Source of the DNA: Ahniellaceae bacterium
GTDB lineage: Bacteria > Pseudomonadota > Gammaproteobacteria > Xanthomonadales > Ahniellaceae
Length of the DNA: 64,000 nucleotides
Direction of reading: 5' to 3'
NCBI GenBank assembly: GCA_044221335.1
Contig: JBGAPI010000013.1
Span: forward strand, 43,256-107,255
This document shows positions 63,873-64,000 of this stretch, piece by piece. The position numbers were made by a program, and so were the translations under genes. The notes under the pieces were generated by a model that was not told the DNA's origin, made no database searches, and saw only the letters and a list, made by a program, of their open reading frames with translations. Within the stretch, counting starts at the first letter, position 1; each line of letters starts with the position of its first letter.

Positions 63873-64000
63873 AGGTCCGCGAGCTCACGGTCACCAACTT
63901 TCGTGGGTTCGCCGGTGAGCGGCGCTTCCAGTTGTCCAATCGCTTCACCGTGATCGCTGGAATCAACGGGCGTGGGAAGAGTTCGCTGCTCGATGGTCTT
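63869..64000 (+). CDS. AAA/SMC-like ATPase (RecF/OLD-family N-terminus), partial; embedded in the type I R-M locus
   Basis: MKVRELTVTNFRGFAGERRFQLSNRFTVIAGINGRGKSSLLDGL with Walker A GINGRGKSS. Overlaps the hsdS stop. Truncated by the window edge. Confidence 0.6.
   Translation, partial: MKVRELTVTNFRGFAGERRFQLSNRFTVIAGINGRGKSSLLDGL

Overview
64 kb window of a high-GC (about 68-70%) gamma-proteobacterial chromosome. Gene content and repeat types suggest a Xanthomonadales-like organism.

Gene content, left to right:
- Left edge: partial secreted protein (1-319, minus strand).
- ABC ATPase plus an ABC-2 permease fused to an M1 aminopeptidase, followed by a DesK-type histidine kinase and a LuxR-family response regulator.
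- DUF1800/DUF1501 periplasmic pair.
- Minus-strand envelope-glycosylation operon: hexapeptide protein, TagF-like glycerophosphotransferase, ArnT-like GT39.
- Acetate-switch regulon: DcaP-like porin, acs, CrbR-like regulator, CrbS-like SSF-PAS-HK-REC hybrid sensor, DUF485, actP.
- Housekeeping and accessory genes: TAT-signal threonine aldolase-like enzyme, aldo-keto reductase, DnaQ-like exonuclease paired with a cNMP/CBS/DUF294 nucleotidyltransferase, psuG, Asp racemase, lipoprotein, GIY-YIG mini-nuclease, GGDEF cyclase, second GT39, chrB(C-terminal)-OCD-chrA with a divergent LysR regulator, SPFH protein.
- A tRNA pair at 46.1-46.3 kb.
- An accessory region from about 46.3 kb to 60.3 kb: AIM24-family protein, secreted beta-helix protein, ECF sigma factor plus membrane Ser/Thr kinase with TPR domain, Cys-rich secreted protein, a 1615-aa Sec-signal RHS/YD-repeat toxin with an L,D-transpeptidase-like C-terminal domain, alpha/beta hydrolase, hypothetical ORF.
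- tRNA-Arg(TCG) followed by a lower-GC type I R-M island: hsdM, hsdS, and a partial SMC/OLD-like ATPase at the right edge.

Noncoding signal: three families of REP/BIME-like palindromic repeats litter the intergenic regions (at least 8 REP1, 4 REP2 and 4 REP3 loci).

Most interesting:
- A conserved upstream motif shared by the secreted/RHS genes immediately downstream of the ECF-sigma/Ser-Thr-kinase pair, suggesting an ECF-controlled toxin regulon.
- The RHS C-terminal domain with an LDT/Tlde-like His...Gly-Cys motif and no adjacent immunity gene.
- A promoter/terminator-bounded candidate sRNA at 46.6-46.83 kb.
- A perfect CRP/Clp-type palindrome beside the GGDEF gene.
- Candidate CrbR operators in the acetate-switch promoters.
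- A tRNA-Arg-associated defence island with arm-type direct repeats.

The many very long ORFs in the six-frame track (e.g. 570-4973 minus, 48286-52812 minus, 53377-58413 minus) are high-GC antisense artefacts.
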